A stretch of 64,000 bases of DNA from an uncultured Verrucomicrobiae bacterium (lineage in GTDB: Bacteria; Verrucomicrobiota; Verrucomicrobiia; Chthoniobacterales; UBA10450): NCBI GenBank assembly GCA_963815455.1, contig CAWFGO010000002.1, forward strand, positions 576,001-640,000, in the 5' to 3' direction. Shown here in pieces: positions 49,371-59,708 of the stretch. Numbering within the stretch: the first letter of the stretch is position 1; the number at the start of each line of letters is the position of its first letter. Position numbers and translations under genes: made by a program. The notes beneath the pieces are model-generated. The model did not search any database and had not been told where the DNA came from. It saw nothing but the letters and a program-made list of their open reading frames with translations.

Positions 49371-50735
49371 CTAATGCACGTTTTGGGCGGTGTCTTCGGA
49401 AAATTGAAAATAACGCCCGGTGGCGCGGTCCCATTCTGCCAGGGCAACATTATACTGGTAAATGGCGTTGAGCAGCCCGCTCCGGGTCCCAAGGTAACCG
49501 CTTTGCGTCAGTCGGTACTCGAGCTGCGAGGCCAGACCGCCGGCCAGATTTTCCCCGACGGTGCGTGAGCTTTCGTCCGCCGCTGCGGTAGCCGAGGCCA
49601 GCGAGTTTTGCCGCGCCTCGATTGACTCGAGATCATTGTGTATCCGGGAAAGTTCGCGACTCACGCCTGCCTCCAATTTTCTCAAAGTGATCTCGTTGAT
49701 CTCGCGCGTTGCCCGCTGTTTCCTGGCCGCGCCGATCACTTTGCCGTTATCAATCACGCGCCAGGTATACCCGGCACCACCGCGGACTTCGGAAGAAATG
49801 AAGTCCTCCGTCCGGCGGGTGGAACCTTCGCGATGAATCCCGGTGACCGGAACGTAATGGCCGGAAAGGTTGGCCGTGAGCAACGGATAATAACCCGCTT
49901 CGATGATGCGCTCGTCTTCCCGCGCGGCCCGAACCAGTAAACGCGCGAGCTTGAGATCGGCCCGGCGATCCAACGCGGCTTTCGTTTCCTCTTCAAGATC
50001 GACAGACATCGGCGCGAATTGCAATTCGCCTTCCGGCTCGGGCAACAACGCATCTTCGCCGAGATCGACGCCCATCGCTTCGGCCAATTTCAGTTGGGCT
50101 CCCAGATATGCGCGCCGAGCGCTTTCGATCTGCGGATCGAGTTCGCGCGCTTCCAAGGTCGCGCCGGTGAGCGCGCTGCGGTCGGCCAGACCAGCTTCGT
50201 AACGATCATTCTGGCTCACCACGTTGTCTCCGAGTCGCTGCCGTTGATCTTCTCGCAACGATTGGAGCCCGCGATTGTAAAGCGCAGCGTAAAATGCCAG
50301 ACGGGCCGCGTGAAGCTGTTCCACCGCCGCGACGTTGAGCTGCTGTTCCGCGATGAGAAGATCGACATCGCCGCGCCGGAGCGATGGCGGAATGGCCGCG
50401 TTAAACAATGGCTGACCAAAAGCGCCGCGCACAAAGCCAAAACCTTTCGTGCTTTCGCCCGCGCGTTTGCCACCCTGCACGCCGCCCGGCGCCTGCAACC
50501 TGGCGCTGGGCCAGATGATCGAACGAAGCACCAGGCGTTGACCCGCCGCTTTTTCAAGATTCGATTTCGCCTCCTGAATCGCCGGATTTTTTTCCAGAGT
50601 GGTTTGAAGAACGTTCTCCAGCGTGATGGCCTCGCTATTACTCACCCAACAAAAAATTAGGAGCGGAATAAGCCAGCCACTGGGTGGATCGAGCAGTCCC
50701 CTGCTCGATGCTAAAGTTAGGCGGCGAAGCCGCAT
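49371..50735 (-). CDS. TolC family outer membrane protein
   Basis: Signal peptide, TLEKNPAI, ALDRRADL and YNVALAEWDRATG. Confidence 0.88.
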   Translation of the reverse strand: MRLRRLTLASSRGLLDPPSGWLIPLLIFCWVSNSEAITLENVLQTTLEKNPAIQEAKSNLEKAAGQRLVLRSIIWPSARLQAPGGVQGGKRAGESTKGFGFVRGAFGQPLFNAAIPPSLRRGDVDLLIAEQQLNVAAVEQLHAARLAFYAALYNRGLQSLREDQRQRLGDNVVSQNDRYEAGLADRSALTGATLEARELDPQIESARRAYLGAQLKLAEAMGVDLGEDALLPEPEGELQFAPMSVDLEEETKAALDRRADLKLARLLVRAAREDERIIEAGYYPLLTANLSGHYVPVTGIHREGSTRRTEDFISSEVRGGAGYTWRVIDNGKVIGAARKQRATREINEITLRKLEAGVSRELSRIHNDLESIEARQNSLASATAAADESSRTVGENLAGGLASQLEYRLTQSGYLGTRSGLLNAIYQYNVALAEWDRATGRYFQFSEDTAQNVH

Positions 50736-50800
50736 ATTTTTTAACATCGCCCGGCGGAGCGGTCGATCCACCGACAAAAGGAAATCTCTCGCGCACCGTT

Positions 50801-52195
50801 TCATCGTTTGCTCAATTTCTTCGGCGGACGCGCCAGATCTGTCGCGCGCGGTTCGTTTCCATGTTTCTTCCCGGCGTCTTTGAGCTTCGGCTCGAAATCG
50901 AGTGAAGCTGGTTCACTCGCGCAAGCCCGAGCCAGCCGGGCCAACGCCACGTTGTGCAAGTAGATCGCGCTTAATCGTGTGGTGCGCGTCCGGGTGACAT
51001 CGGACGCCGCCTGCAAGATGTCGAGCTGTGTCCCAAGACCAGCAGAAAGGTTGGTCTTGGCAATCTCCAGGGATTCGTCCGCGGTCTGCACATTTTGCGT
51101 TTCCGTTTCCAGCACACGCTCAGCCTGGTCGAGATCAAAAAAAGCGCTTCGGACTTCCGAGGCGACCGCGCGCCGGGCGGCGTCGAGCGCTTGCACCGCG
51201 GCTTCCCGGCGCGCCCGGGTGGCTTGGAGCCGTCCCTTGGTGGCAAACCCGTCGAACACATGCCAGTTCGCGTTAACACCCACCAGGTAACCATGGTTGA
51301 ATTCCTGGCCTACCGCGGGGTCCCGTTCGTTGTAAACTTCGTAACCGGAAAAAAATTGAACCTGCGGTCGAAGCTCGCTTCGCTCCAGCGTGTATTGTCG
51401 ATCCTGTATCGCAATGTCCTTCTCCCTCGCTTTGATTTCCGGCCGGTTCGCATCCGCCCGGGCGAGGCATTCATTTAGATCGGGATGGCGCGGATGATAT
51501 TCGAGCCGCCCGGAAACTTCGAACGGCGCGTCCGCTGCGGCCGGTTGAAAATCGATCCCGCAAAGTTCTCCAAGCTTTAGGTAGGAATTTTTCAACTGCG
51601 TCTGCGCGTTGATTAGTTCCGGCCGCTCGTTGGCCAGGGCGACTTCGGCGCGGCGAACATTGAGCGTGCCCACGATCCCCGCGCTCAGTCTTTCCTCCTG
51701 GCTCTTGAGTTCCTCATCCAGGACGCGCACCGAATCTTCGCGTACGTGAATTCTGGCGCGGTTCAAAAGCAGTTCGTTGAAGGCAATTCGCACCTCCATC
51801 GCCACGCGATTGGCGATTTCCTGAAACTCGTATTCCTGCCGCTCAATGCTCAGCCGCGCAATCGCCATCTGGCTGGTGACCGCGCCGCCAGTGTAGAGAT
51901 TTTGCAACAGCCGCACCGACGCGTTGTAGTCTTCATCGCGCAGATTTGTTTGCTGCTGATGCTCTCGTTTGTCGAGCAGCCCGGTGGACGTTATCGATGG
52001 AAGGAAACCGGAACGCGCCGTCATCAGATCTCCGCGCGCGGCCTCAATTTTCTTGCGCGCAATCGCTATTTCGGGATTCTGAGTTTGGGCCAGCGCGACC
52101 GCTTGGTCGATGGTATAGACCGGCGGAGCCGCCCGCGATGCAGCCGCCGAAACCACGGCTATAAGCGGCGCAATGACCCATGACTCCAGACGCAT
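50801..52195 (-). CDS. TolC family outer membrane protein
   Basis: AQTQNPEI, ANRPEI, WHVFDGF and GLGTQLDIL. Confidence 0.9.
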   Translation of the reverse strand: MRLESWVIAPLIAVVSAAASRAAPPVYTIDQAVALAQTQNPEIAIARKKIEAARGDLMTARSGFLPSITSTGLLDKREHQQQTNLRDEDYNASVRLLQNLYTGGAVTSQMAIARLSIERQEYEFQEIANRVAMEVRIAFNELLLNRARIHVREDSVRVLDEELKSQEERLSAGIVGTLNVRRAEVALANERPELINAQTQLKNSYLKLGELCGIDFQPAAADAPFEVSGRLEYHPRHPDLNECLARADANRPEIKAREKDIAIQDRQYTLERSELRPQVQFFSGYEVYNERDPAVGQEFNHGYLVGVNANWHVFDGFATKGRLQATRARREAAVQALDAARRAVASEVRSAFFDLDQAERVLETETQNVQTADESLEIAKTNLSAGLGTQLDILQAASDVTRTRTTRLSAIYLHNVALARLARACASEPASLDFEPKLKDAGKKHGNEPRATDLARPPKKLSKR

Positions 52196-52392
52196 TTAGC
52201 TTATCTCCTCACCATGGCTTGCCTTTTTCAACAAAAATCCCTCTGGTTTTTATGGTTATATCAGTTCTTGCGCGCAGGCCAAACTCGGTGCAAACTCCGC
52301 ACTTTTGAGGGTCTACCCTCAACAAAAACCTCTAACTTGATTCTTGCACCCGCCGCTGTGACACGGCTAGCCTTAGCAACCTTAACCCCGAA

Positions 52393-53496
52393 ATGAGAAA
52401 AATTAGAATCGCGATTGTCGGCGTCGGAAACTGCGCCAGTTCACTTGTCCAGGGAATCAATTTCTACAATGGCGCCTCCCCCAATGGCACCAGCGTCGGC
52501 CTGATGCACCGCCAGATCGGCTCTTACAAGCCCAGCGACATCGAAGTCGTGGCCGCGTTCGACATCGACCGGCGCAAGGTAGGCCTCGATGTCAGCAGGG
52601 CGATCTTCTCGCCCCCCAACTGCACTAAGGTCTTCTGCGACAAGGTTAAACTCACCGGCGCGATCGTGAAAATGGGCTGCGTATTTGACAGTTTCGCCCC
52701 CCACATGGCCGAGCAGGACCCGCTCCGCACCTTCCTCCCGCTGGAAAAGGAATCCACCCGCGAGGAAATCATCTCCGAGCTCAAGAATTCCTCCGCCGAA
52801 ATGATGGTCAATTATCTACCGGTCGGCTCCGAGGAAGCGACCCGTTTCTACGCCAGTTGCGCCCTCGAAGCCGGGCTCGGTTTCGTCAATAACATCCCCG
52901 TTTTCATCGCCAGTGATCCCGTTTGGGCAAAGAAATTTGCCGATAAAAATCTCCCGCTGGTCGGCGACGACATCAAAGCGCAGCTCGGGGCCACGGTTTT
53001 GCATCGCAGCATTGTCGATCTTTTCCGCAAACGCGGAGTCAAAGTCGAACGGACCTATCAGCTGAACACCGGCGGCAACACCGATTTCCTGAACATGCTC
53101 AATCGCGCCCGGCTGGCCTCGAAGAAAACTTCAAAGACTGAATCGGTGCAATCGGTCATGGGCGAACGCCTGGCCGACGAGAACATTCACATTGGACCCA
53201 GCGATTACGTTCCCTGGCAGCTCGACAACAAGATCGCCTTTATCCGTGTTGAAGGCCGGCTCTTCGGAAACGTCCCGATGGAACTCGACGTTAAGCTTTC
53301 GGTCGAGGACTCGCCCAACTCGGCCGGAATCGCCATTGACTCCATTCGCTGCTGCAAGCTCGCACTCGATCGCGGGATCGGCGGTGTCCTCCATTCGCCA
53401 TCCGCATTTTTCTCCAAGCATCCGCCCGTCCAGATGACCGACGACGAAGCTCACCGGTGCGTCGAGCAATTCATCCGCGGCGAGCGCGAGAACTAG
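52393..53496 (+). CDS. ino1: myo-inositol-1(3)-phosphate synthase
   Basis: IVGVGNCASSLVQG, NYLPVGSE, GDDIKAQLGAT, YQLNTGGNTDFLNM and DSPNSAG. Confidence 0.95.
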   Translation: MRKIRIAIVGVGNCASSLVQGINFYNGASPNGTSVGLMHRQIGSYKPSDIEVVAAFDIDRRKVGLDVSRAIFSPPNCTKVFCDKVKLTGAIVKMGCVFDSFAPHMAEQDPLRTFLPLEKESTREEIISELKNSSAEMMVNYLPVGSEEATRFYASCALEAGLGFVNNIPVFIASDPVWAKKFADKNLPLVGDDIKAQLGATVLHRSIVDLFRKRGVKVERTYQLNTGGNTDFLNMLNRARLASKKTSKTESVQSVMGERLADENIHIGPSDYVPWQLDNKIAFIRVEGRLFGNVPMELDVKLSVEDSPNSAGIAIDSIRCCKLALDRGIGGVLHSPSAFFSKHPPVQMTDDEAHRCVEQFIRGEREN

Positions 53497-56400
53497 CCGG
53501 TTAGATCTCGCAGACGTTTCCACTCGCGGAATAGTTCGTCCGGTTCAAAGCGGACAATTACGCCGGTTGCTGTTGAATAAAGCGCCGCTTCGACGGGTAA
53601 ATTGGCCATCTCGCTCACTGCTTTCCAATAGGATGCGAGCTGGGGACGATATAATTTACGCAATTCGTCAAGTTCGTTAGGCCCAACGCGATTCGTTTTC
53701 CAATCAAGGATTAACGCTTTGTCGGCCGTCCGATCAATCAGGGCGAGGTCGATCACGCCTTCGAGGCACGTGCGTTCGCTCATTCGCCAGAGAAATTGCA
53801 TCTCTGAATGCGCGGCCAATTCAGCGCGGGAGAGAAGCTCCGAGAAATCCCGGTCGTTCTGCAGGCATAGCAGGAAGAGGTTCCATTCATCCGCGGACCG
53901 CTTCGGTTCTGGCGATGTCATCTGGTGTTTTTCGAAAGTTTGTTTCCATGAAGTTTTGTCACGCCACGATACCCGTTGCATCAAGTCATGCCACCAACGC
54001 CCATACAACGTGGCGGGCGTGTCCGCAGTCGATTGGCCGATGCCGAGCCAGGACGAACGTTCATTGATTTCACCGGCCGGCGCCCGGATGATCTCCTCGT
54101 CGTAGCCGCTCGGATTAAACTTTCGAACGAAGGCTTCTGCGCGTCGTTGCGCTATTTTCAGTCCTTTTCGATCGATCCGCAGAAGCGGTTGCGCATCCAC
54201 CTCGACCGCGCGGGCAGTGGCCAGCTCTCTTGCCTTTGCTGTCTCCTGGCAAGTCCCCGGCTCGAGGCTGAGAGCGTCGAAGTGCGGTTGGTTGATGTTC
54301 TTTTCACCGAGCAGGCATTTCAGTTGCGCGTCGTTTTGCGTGCCTCCACTGGCGCGCGCGAAAATTTCTTCATCAAGCGCGAGGACTAGCGTGTGGCGCG
54401 CGCGGGTAATGGCGACGTAAAGAAGTCGCGCCATCTCCTGACGCACAGCCATCTTGGTCGCGTCGCGGTCCTCGCTTTTGAAATCGTCTTTCGTCAACGC
54501 CACCAGGACTTCGCTCGAACCCGGGACCTTGATAATACTGGGATAACGCGGTGACGGCGGCGGGACATTGCGCGCGAGGAAAGGCAGAATGACGGCCTGC
54601 CATTCCGATCCTTTCGCTTTCTGAGCCGTAATGAGGTGAATGCCTTCGTCGTGCGAACGGCGGACCTCGCGCGGGAGAAGAAAATCGAGGCGCAGCTTTT
54701 CTGCGAAATCGGCGAGTGTGCTGCCGGCGGCCTCGGCCTCCGCCGCGAATGCGAGGAGGCGATCAAGATCGCCTTCGAGATCATCAAAATCTTCCCGTGG
54801 AAGAGCGGTAAGCTTTTGACGTAATTGCGTTTGCTCGACCAAAAATTGTACGGCGTCGAACAGGGCGCGGCCCTCCACTTGTCGCTGCGTTTCGGCGAGC
54901 AAACGAAGCGGCGAAGAAACAATGCCGGTGGCGGCTTGCCGTGCATCTAGTTGAAACCGGCTCCCTTGGCCTTCACAGAAGATCGCAAGATCACGATCCG
55001 CGATGCCGAAGACTTCGCGCAGAACGCCCACGATTTCGTAGCTGTTGCTCGGATCGGCCATGATCGTGCAAAGCGCAGTCAGCCAGGCATAAGCCGGGTT
55101 ATCTCCCCTGAGATCGCTTTCCGATTGCATCGAAACCGGGAGATCGACGCGGCGCAATGCGTTAGCCATGGTGCGGAGCCACGCCTTGCGCGGGCACAGA
55201 ATCGCCACATCGCGCCAGGTGTCGGCGCGCAGGTTCTCGAGTCCCGTCTGTTTGATCCAATCAGCGAGCTCTCTTGCTTCGATCTGCGCCTTGCGATACT
55301 CCTTCAGCTTTTGTCCGGCCGGAAGAAGGCCCGCGCCGAGCGACACGCGAATGACCTGGCCGGGAAGAACATCTTCACGCGGCTGAAGATTAACGAATTT
55401 CACCTGCCCCTCTTTTTCGTTCAGGATATTGCCAAAAATATCGTTCACGAAATCCAGCTGCTTTTGGTCGAGCCGGAACGTGACCGAAAATTCGAGCGTG
55501 TCACCGGCATCGGTTCCAACAAGCGCGTCATGAATGGCCTGGTAATTTTTCAAATCCGCGCGGTCGCGATAGATCGATTGCTGGAAATCGCCCACCATGC
55601 AGAAGTGCCCGGCCCGCGGCGGCGCGGCGCCTGTTTCCAGCCAGCGACCGGTCGCCTGGGGTGGGCGTGCCAGTTCAGCCAGAACCAAGAATTGCACGGG
55701 ATCGGTATCCTGCGCTTCGTCGAGAATCACGCGAAAATTTTCCTCGCGCAATCGTCGGCCGGCGTCGGGATGCTGCAATAATTCGTCGGCCAGAGCGACT
55801 TGGTCCGCGTAGGTGACCAGTCCACGGGCGACGCGAAAATTCCGGAAATCGCGCTGCACTTCCGCGGCCACACAACGGGCCGCGTCGGCTACCCAGCCGC
55901 GCAACGGCGCGAAGATCGCGGTCCACGTTTCCTTGAATTTCTCTGCTTCGCAGCTGCGGATGGGCCAGCGGACAAACTCCCACCCGGATTTGCGACGTGC
56001 CTCCCATTCGGCCAGCTCCGCTTGTGAATCGGTAATCGTGTTGAGCGATCTGCCGGAAGCAACGACGGCGTGAATCCGAGCGGTATCGACCTCGGGACAC
56101 GGGCCGATTTCGGTCGTCGCCGCAAGCAGCGAGCGCGCATTGCGTCCCAGCTCCATGAGTTGCCGCGCCGGCGCGAGGCGAAAGAGCGCTGTGCGCGTTT
56201 CCTCGCTCAGGCTACGCCCGAAGTGATGATGTTGTTGGACGAAAGCCTGCCAGATTTCCTCATCATCTTCCGCTACCAAATCCAGCGGAAAAGGCAGGCC
56301 GAGATGGTGTCCGTGACTCATGAGCAGTTTCATGCAGAAGCTGTGAATCGTGCCGAAGAACGCGCGATTGAAAGCCGCCTGAATATCAGGTGAGCGATGC

Positions 56401-56636
56401 TCTTGGAGAATGCGTTGCCGGGTGCGCTGTTGCATCTCGTCGGCGGCCCGATGCGTGAACGTGACCACGACCAGCTTGGGCAGAATTTCCCGCGCGTTGG
56501 GGCCCCCCGCCAGATGGACAATGCGCTCGGTGATGGCGTAGGTCTTTCCCGAACCGGCAGAGGCGACGACGGAGAAATTGCGATCCAATTCCTCCGCGAA
56601 CCGCCGCCGGGCTGCATGATCGCGCGGTTCGCTCAC
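53493..56636 (-). CDS. addA: UvrD-like helicase/nuclease, AddA-type
   Basis: ASAGSGKT, TFTHRAA, DEAQDT, VGDFQQSIY, KAKGSEW and LLYVAITRAR; C-terminal GVIDL..DWKT..QL..Y nuclease. Confidence 0.88.
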   Translation of the reverse strand: MSEPRDHAARRRFAEELDRNFSVVASAGSGKTYAITERIVHLAGGPNAREILPKLVVVTFTHRAADEMQQRTRQRILQEHRSPDIQAAFNRAFFGTIHSFCMKLLMSHGHHLGLPFPLDLVAEDDEEIWQAFVQQHHHFGRSLSEETRTALFRLAPARQLMELGRNARSLLAATTEIGPCPEVDTARIHAVVASGRSLNTITDSQAELAEWEARRKSGWEFVRWPIRSCEAEKFKETWTAIFAPLRGWVADAARCVAAEVQRDFRNFRVARGLVTYADQVALADELLQHPDAGRRLREENFRVILDEAQDTDPVQFLVLAELARPPQATGRWLETGAAPPRAGHFCMVGDFQQSIYRDRADLKNYQAIHDALVGTDAGDTLEFSVTFRLDQKQLDFVNDIFGNILNEKEGQVKFVNLQPREDVLPGQVIRVSLGAGLLPAGQKLKEYRKAQIEARELADWIKQTGLENLRADTWRDVAILCPRKAWLRTMANALRRVDLPVSMQSESDLRGDNPAYAWLTALCTIMADPSNSYEIVGVLREVFGIADRDLAIFCEGQGSRFQLDARQAATGIVSSPLRLLAETQRQVEGRALFDAVQFLVEQTQLRQKLTALPREDFDDLEGDLDRLLAFAAEAEAAGSTLADFAEKLRLDFLLPREVRRSHDEGIHLITAQKAKGSEWQAVILPFLARNVPPPSPRYPSIIKVPGSSEVLVALTKDDFKSEDRDATKMAVRQEMARLLYVAITRARHTLVLALDEEIFARASGGTQNDAQLKCLLGEKNINQPHFDALSLEPGTCQETAKARELATARAVEVDAQPLLRIDRKGLKIAQRRAEAFVRKFNPSGYDEEIIRAPAGEINERSSWLGIGQSTADTPATLYGRWWHDLMQRVSWRDKTSWKQTFEKHQMTSPEPKRSADEWNLFLLCLQNDRDFSELLSRAELAAHSEMQFLWRMSERTCLEGVIDLALIDRTADKALILDWKTNRVGPNELDELRKLYRPQLASYWKAVSEMANLPVEAALYSTATGVIVRFEPDELFREWKRLRDLTG

Positions 56637-59600
56637 GAGTAGAAGTCCTCCTCATCTTTAACCAGCGCCGGATGGGTGAGCTCCCAACGTTGCTCAAGAA
56701 TGTCCTGCTCCACCGCGAGGGTGGCCAGCGGATAGGCATCGATAAATTGATAGTCGGAGCGCAACGGTCCGTGCAGGCCGAAAACGCCGGTCCGTTGCAT
56801 TTTCGCCAGCTCGGCAAAAATCTCGGCCTCGCTCGAAAATTCATTTCCCGAAATCTGCGGGGCAAATGGCCTAACGCCTGGCGAAAGCAGACTGGCCTCG
56901 GTCTCTCTCGCGCCGAGCGCGCCGGCCGCGATGGAGTAAAGGCCAAGCTGCAGGGCCGTGCGATCGAGCAGCCTCTTCTTGAGGGCGGGGCGGCGGCCAT
57001 CCGCATCCATTTTCCCCGCGAACAGGGCCTTCTTGGCGCCGATTTTGTAATCGATAATCCAAAGATGCTCGCTCGCGAGCGACCCGGCGGATGGCTCGTC
57101 GCGCGCGAGAAGGAGATCGATGCGGCCGCGCAAAGAAAGGGCTTCAGCGTTGACAGGGAAACTGCCTTCGATACTCCATTCCGTGGCCATCCAGGGCCAG
57201 TCGGCCACCGTCGCCAGTTTTTCGGCCAGAACGCGAGCGAGAAAGAGCGCGTGTCGCCAGCCACCCATCCACCAATCGGGCACCGATCTCCCGGCTGCGT
57301 CGCAAAGGCGCTCGATCTCCGAGCGCTTTGCTTTTGCGGCGGCGCATACGCATTCCTCGATTTCGGCAGCCGACGGGAAATGAGCGAATTTCTTCTCTCC
57401 GCCTTGGGCGATAGCGGCGAGCCAGCTGTGCACCCATTTTCCAGTCGAGGTGTTCCAGACATTGTCGCTTTCCTCGGGCGCCTCGACGCCGAGATATTTT
57501 TTCATCCAGACAAGTGCAGGCGCGAGGAGGAGCTGCTCGAAATCGCTCACACTCAAGACGGGAACTGCCGGAGGGTTCGACGAGAACGCGAAGTCGTACT
57601 CTCCGGAGCGTGCAGTCGGATCCCGGCGGGCATCGTAGGCAATCCGCGCCGGCTCGGTTTTCGGCGACGCCGCATCGTTTTTCTTTTTATCGCGCGTCTC
57701 GAGGATCCAGCGACGGGTCCGCATTTGCAGATCGCTCAACGCCGGCTGGGTCAGCGCCCGGCGATACGTTTCCTGATAATGCCGGGTAAACAATTCGCTC
57801 GGGTTCCAAAGACGTTCCGGGGCAGATTCCTGGATCAGACTCGCGGTGAACGCGATTCCCTCAGTGGCTGATTCGAGCAAATTTTGAAATTGCCGCAGCG
57901 CCATCTGTCGCTGCTCGGATGGGCCGAGATAAAGCGAATAGCCATCGCGGACGCTGGTATGTCCCTCGCCCTGGCGGCCTTGTTTTGTGGCCCGGCGGTT
58001 CAGTTGCCGGATACTGCGATTGAATTTTTGAATTTCCTCTTCCCGCGCAAACTCGCCCCGGTCGGGAGGCGGCCAGCTTCCTTCGTTCAATCCAGCAAGA
58101 ATCAGATGGGACCACTCCTGTCCCTGCGCCTGCGGGATGGTCATCAGCTGAACCCGTGCGTAGGGATGATCACCTGCCGGGTCGCGGCCCACGCTGAAGG
58201 TGGAGGCAATTTCTTCCAGCCATCGCAAATACAATGCTCGCGAGAAATCAGCTTTGACCTTGCCGGCCCAGTCGCTGCTTCGACTCGCGACTTCCATCCA
58301 ATGCTGTTTCCAATTCAGCCGCGAAAACGCACTTTTCGTTGCGTCGAGGAATACCGAAAAAGTTGCGTGCGCCGGAAGAAATTCAATCGTCTGAAGCGCT
58401 TTCGCGACCTGTTGATTCCTTTGGTTCGGCTCGTCGGTGCAGAACTTTTGCAAGATGGCCAGGTCGTCGATCAGGACGTCAGCGTAGGCGGAGCGGAGTG
58501 TCCGTTCAAAGCGCTGGAGAGGCACGTCAGGAAATAGCTCGTCGCGATTTCGAAGCGCACCGAGAAATCGAAGGAGCGAATTGACCCGTGGCCCATGCTG
58601 AAGCTGCAACCAAGCGCGCCATTCGGCCGATTCAAACACGCCTGGAACAGGATGCCCGAGCCCATCGCTGTGCGGAATGGCAAACTTTGAAAGCGCGCCG
58701 GCAACCAGACGAGGCAGTGCTCCGCTATCCGGGAAGATGATACCAATATTTGTGCAACTTTTCTCAGCCAGGAATCGCAGACACAACAATGCAATCGCCT
58801 CGGCCTGCTCCGTGGTATCGGCACCGACGACGAACAAGGATGTCGCCCGCGGAACGCCGGTCCCTTTCATCTCCGCCTCGGTAAACAGGCTGTCGCCGAC
58901 TGGATTTGCCGGCCCCGATATCGGTTTCGCTTCGCCAAACCTTTCTTCCCATGTGCCGACCCACGTTTCGTCGATGTCGCGCGCTTCATCGCGCGGATCA
59001 TCGAGAAGGACTGTTGCTTCTTTCGCCGACGTGACTGCCGCCCGGAGGAGAGGCCAGAGCGGCCAGTGCGTGCCGTTAAATCCGGTCACGAGAATATTGG
59101 AAATGATGGGCGGACCGCCACTTGCCTGCTCAAGCGCCTGCCGATCGGCTGTGTGGATCAATTCGAACCCGCAATCCGCGAGTTGCTGTTGAAATCGGGC
59201 CTCCACCTTTCGCAACGCCGGAAGTTCGACTGCCGAAAAATCCCAACCCGCCGCGCCCAGCTGATCGATTGCCCGGAGCAAGTGATCGGGAGCGCGCGCC
59301 ACAGATTTTGCCGCGAGAAAATCGGCTTCCAACATGCGCTTCTCGCGCAGCGTTGGATCTTCCGGGAGTTCCATGCATTCCTCCGCGGCAATCGAGAGGA
59401 GAAGACGTAAATGTTCTCGGAGCGCAAGACGGGTCTCGGTTTGCGCTGCCAGCAGCTCCCGCAGTTCGGCCGGTGCGACGAATCGGATACCGAGAACCGA
59501 CACGCCGTGATCGAGCAGCCGGCTCTTGATCGCGTAAGCATGACTGCGAAGCGGCACCGCCACCAAAGTGGGCAGTTGCTGCTGCCACGCGACGCGACTC

Positions 59601-59677
59601 GCGGCGTCAAACCATGGCGCCAAAACCGATTCCCACGCCGCGGAAGGCGAGCAGCCGAAGTGGAGCGAGACATTCAT
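56633..59677 (-). CDS. AddB-like inactive helicase with C-terminal PD-(D/E)XK nuclease
   Basis: LAGLNEGSWP, LSVS, LRGRIDL, IIDYK and QLGLY; GTGA overlap with addA. Confidence 0.8.
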   Translation of the reverse strand: MNVSLHFGCSPSAAWESVLAPWFDAASRVAWQQQLPTLVAVPLRSHAYAIKSRLLDHGVSVLGIRFVAPAELRELLAAQTETRLALREHLRLLLSIAAEECMELPEDPTLREKRMLEADFLAAKSVARAPDHLLRAIDQLGAAGWDFSAVELPALRKVEARFQQQLADCGFELIHTADRQALEQASGGPPIISNILVTGFNGTHWPLWPLLRAAVTSAKEATVLLDDPRDEARDIDETWVGTWEERFGEAKPISGPANPVGDSLFTEAEMKGTGVPRATSLFVVGADTTEQAEAIALLCLRFLAEKSCTNIGIIFPDSGALPRLVAGALSKFAIPHSDGLGHPVPGVFESAEWRAWLQLQHGPRVNSLLRFLGALRNRDELFPDVPLQRFERTLRSAYADVLIDDLAILQKFCTDEPNQRNQQVAKALQTIEFLPAHATFSVFLDATKSAFSRLNWKQHWMEVASRSSDWAGKVKADFSRALYLRWLEEIASTFSVGRDPAGDHPYARVQLMTIPQAQGQEWSHLILAGLNEGSWPPPDRGEFAREEEIQKFNRSIRQLNRRATKQGRQGEGHTSVRDGYSLYLGPSEQRQMALRQFQNLLESATEGIAFTASLIQESAPERLWNPSELFTRHYQETYRRALTQPALSDLQMRTRRWILETRDKKKNDAASPKTEPARIAYDARRDPTARSGEYDFAFSSNPPAVPVLSVSDFEQLLLAPALVWMKKYLGVEAPEESDNVWNTSTGKWVHSWLAAIAQGGEKKFAHFPSAAEIEECVCAAAKAKRSEIERLCDAAGRSVPDWWMGGWRHALFLARVLAEKLATVADWPWMATEWSIEGSFPVNAEALSLRGRIDLLLARDEPSAGSLASEHLWIIDYKIGAKKALFAGKMDADGRRPALKKRLLDRTALQLGLYSIAAGALGARETEASLLSPGVRPFAPQISGNEFSSEAEIFAELAKMQRTGVFGLHGPLRSDYQFIDAYPLATLAVEQDILEQRWELTHPALVKDEEDFYS

Positions 59678-59702
59678 GGGACGAATGGAACTGATGAGAC
59701 AA
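59676..59702. repeat. 9-mer tandem array (ATG..AC..) x3, downstream flank of the four-helix-bundle gene
   Basis: ATGGGACGA ATGGAACTG ATGAGACAA. Confidence 0.8.
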
Positions 59703-59708
59703 ATTGAG

